DNA from: a virus
Length of the DNA stretch: 64,000 bases
Virus record (IMG/VR): IMGVR_UViG_3300025701_000006
Location: 1 to 64,000 of that record
Direction: 5' to 3' (one strand)
In this document: positions 62,538-64,000 of the stretch, one piece after another
How the letters are laid out: every line of letters starts with the position of its first letter
Numbering within the stretch: position 1 is the first letter of the stretch
Made by a program: the position numbers and the translations under genes
The notes under the pieces: generated by a model
What the model saw: the letters and a program-made list of their open reading frames with translations, nothing else
The model's database searches: none
What the model was told of the DNA's origin: nothing

Positions 62538-62711
62538 TTATTTCATTTTTGCTTTACCTACGTTTAACGCAAGTAAATCAACAATTTTGTAAAGTTTAGC
62601 TACAACTTTGTCATCTTTTGGTGTATCTGTAAGAGAAGCAATTGTAGAAGCAATAGCCACTGCTAAAGTGACATAATTTACCCAGTCCAGTACTGTACTA
62701 ATAATATCCAT
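62538..62711 (-). CDS. small hydrophobic protein, holin-like (57 aa, not in ORF track)
   Basis: MDIISTVLDWVNYVTLAVAIASTIASLTDTPKDDKVVAKLYKIVDLLALNVGKAKMK. Confidence 0.7.
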   Translation of the reverse strand: MDIISTVLDWVNYVTLAVAIASTIASLTDTPKDDKVVAKLYKIVDLLALNVGKAKMK

Positions 62712-62720
62712 AACTAGGTG

Positions 62721-62993
62721 CTACATCATAGATTGCGCTAAGCCTTGAGGGGCTTGCTGCATAGGTTGTGCTGCTTGTTGTTGACCTTGAGCTGCTAGTT
62801 GTTGCTCTAGCATATCAATAGCCGCCATAATAAGTTCAGGGGGTATGCCTTGCTGGATTAGCTCTTCTGGGTCAACTCCTTGCATAAGCATTGCAATAAT
62901 CTGTTCGATCATAGCCATCTGTTCTTGACCACCACCTTGTGGGGCCATTTGTTGTGCAGGAGCACCTGCCATTTGTTGTGCTAAGCCTTCCAT
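62721..62993 (-). CDS. Gln/Met/Ala-rich small protein
   Basis: 90 aa, TAATG-coupled; helical core LMQGVDPEELIQQGIPPELI. Confidence 0.7.
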   Translation of the reverse strand: MEGLAQQMAGAPAQQMAPQGGGQEQMAMIEQIIAMLMQGVDPEELIQQGIPPELIMAAIDMLEQQLAAQGQQQAAQPMQQAPQGLAQSMM

Positions 62994-63466
62994 TATTTGT
63001 ATCCTTGTAGAGTTCTGTCCGCTTCTTGAGCTGCCTTGTTTACTTTATCTTGTTCTGCTAAGAGCTCTCTTTCAGCAAATGCAGATAGTTTCGGTGTTTC
63101 TTTTGAAGGGGCAAACAGGTTACCTACAAGCCCTTTTACTTTATCGTAAATACCAGGGCCAGTATTTTGATTCTTCAAAGATTGTGAGTAGTTTGCAGCA
63201 GCCATGTCTGCATCCGTAGCCCCGCCGTCAGCCATATACCTAGTTTCCTGCAAGAACTCAGCACTATCAATTCCTGTGTAAGGGCTGTAAGGAGTTCTAG
63301 CCCTATCACGAAGTAAACTGTCAATAACAGCTTGATTGCGCGCTCTTTCTTCTAAAGCAGCTGCGTTAGTTAAAGCTGCTATAGTATCATCTGCCTGCCG
63401 GGCTCGAAAAGCTTTTAGCTCTTCTTTATCCATAGCATTCTGCTTAGAACGTTCAATATAACTCAT
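62993..63466 (-). CDS. hypothetical protein
   Basis: 157 aa, TAATG-coupled to the portal stop. Confidence 0.7.
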   Translation of the reverse strand: MSYIERSKQNAMDKEELKAFRARQADDTIAALTNAAALEERARNQAVIDSLLRDRARTPYSPYTGIDSAEFLQETRYMADGGATDADMAAANYSQSLKNQNTGPGIYDKVKGLVGNLFAPSKETPKLSAFAERELLAEQDKVNKAAQEADRTLQGYK

Positions 63467-64000
63467 TACATAACTCCAATATTTTTATCGCCAGCTAGTC
63501 GCTGAGCCATCATTTGTTCAAGGTTAGCACGATGCTTAGCCATTTCTGCTTCCATCTTTTGTGCATGCTTAAGGTCTTCAATCTCTACTTTTTCTAGATG
63601 TGAAAATCCTTCGTCTTCTTTAATAAACCTAAGGTCAGTCATATCAGCTTCACTAGTTAGCTTACGTGCTTTAGCTGCTTCTACTGCTGCTTTGTTACGT
63701 TTAAGCTCTGCATCAATAGTATTCTCTTGAGCACGGGCATTCTTATCAGCAATGTCAGCTTTAAGTTTTTCGTTCTCTAGCACTAAACGCTCTAGTTCTA
63801 GCTGCTTAAGCTGTTCTTGTACAGGATCTTGCGGTGCCTGGTAATCACGAATACGCTTAGCTTGATCCGGCATACGCATAAGTTCCATAATATCTGCCAT
63901 AAGAGTACGACGAATTACAGGATCTTCATTAGGACCTAAGGTCTGTAACAAAAACGATAACTCTTGCGACTTAGCCGCATTGTCTTCTGCAGTAGAAATA
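63466..64000 (-). CDS. N4-like portal protein, C-terminal part (5' end outside the window)
   Basis: Frame open to the window edge: ISTAEDNAAKSQELSFLLQTLGPN...LMRMPD...DPVQEQLKQLELE. Confidence 0.85.
   Translation of the reverse strand, partial: ISTAEDNAAKSQELSFLLQTLGPNEDPVIRRTLMADIMELMRMPDQAKRIRDYQAPQDPVQEQLKQLELERLVLENEKLKADIADKNARAQENTIDAELKRNKAAVEAAKARKLTSEADMTDLRFIKEDEGFSHLEKVEIEDLKHAQKMEAEMAKHRANLEQMMAQRLAGDKNIGVM

Noticed and set aside
26371-62592. Many + strand ORFs of 60-205 aa opposite the structural genes
   Set aside because: They are antisense shadows of long - strand genes, with no SD or recognisable motifs.
1-64000. Stop-codon reassignment, given the many TAG/CTAG sequences
   Set aside because: Long genes are intact under the standard code, TAG ends genes at expected positions, and no suppressor tRNA is present.

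Overview
A 64 kb segment of an AT-rich, apparently lytic dsDNA phage that is a divergent N4-like (Schitoviridae-related) podophage. A marine origin is inferred from accessory gene types; the host cannot be determined. The + strand (1-26057) carries small membrane proteins, a DUF2201 VWA/MoxR-AAA pair, ThyX, PhoH, two tRNAs, a SleB-type hydrolase, thioredoxin, a helicase-primase, rIIA, a PD-(D/E)XK nuclease/AAA_24/SSB trio, a metallophosphoesterase, an SF1 helicase, a split family A DNA polymerase, a RusA-like resolvase, class I RNR, a ClpP-like protease and a MazG-like enzyme. The - strand (26028-64000) follows N4 gene order (portal, gp58, gp57, major capsid, gp55, gp54, gp53, gp52, gp51, virion RNA polymerase), with two insertions: a cluster of small basic proteins and a large tail-fibre module containing a glycosyltransferase. 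Three observations stand out. (1) Three tandem, covarying three-way-junction/pseudoknot elements lie between polA and an ATT-initiated resolvase-nrdAB operon. (2) The virion RNAP is split into two genes whose only cysteines sit on either side of the split. (3) A GLA[QET]x[MIL] peptide motif is shared by six small proteins encoded next to the portal. All family assignments come from motif recognition by eye, not database searches.
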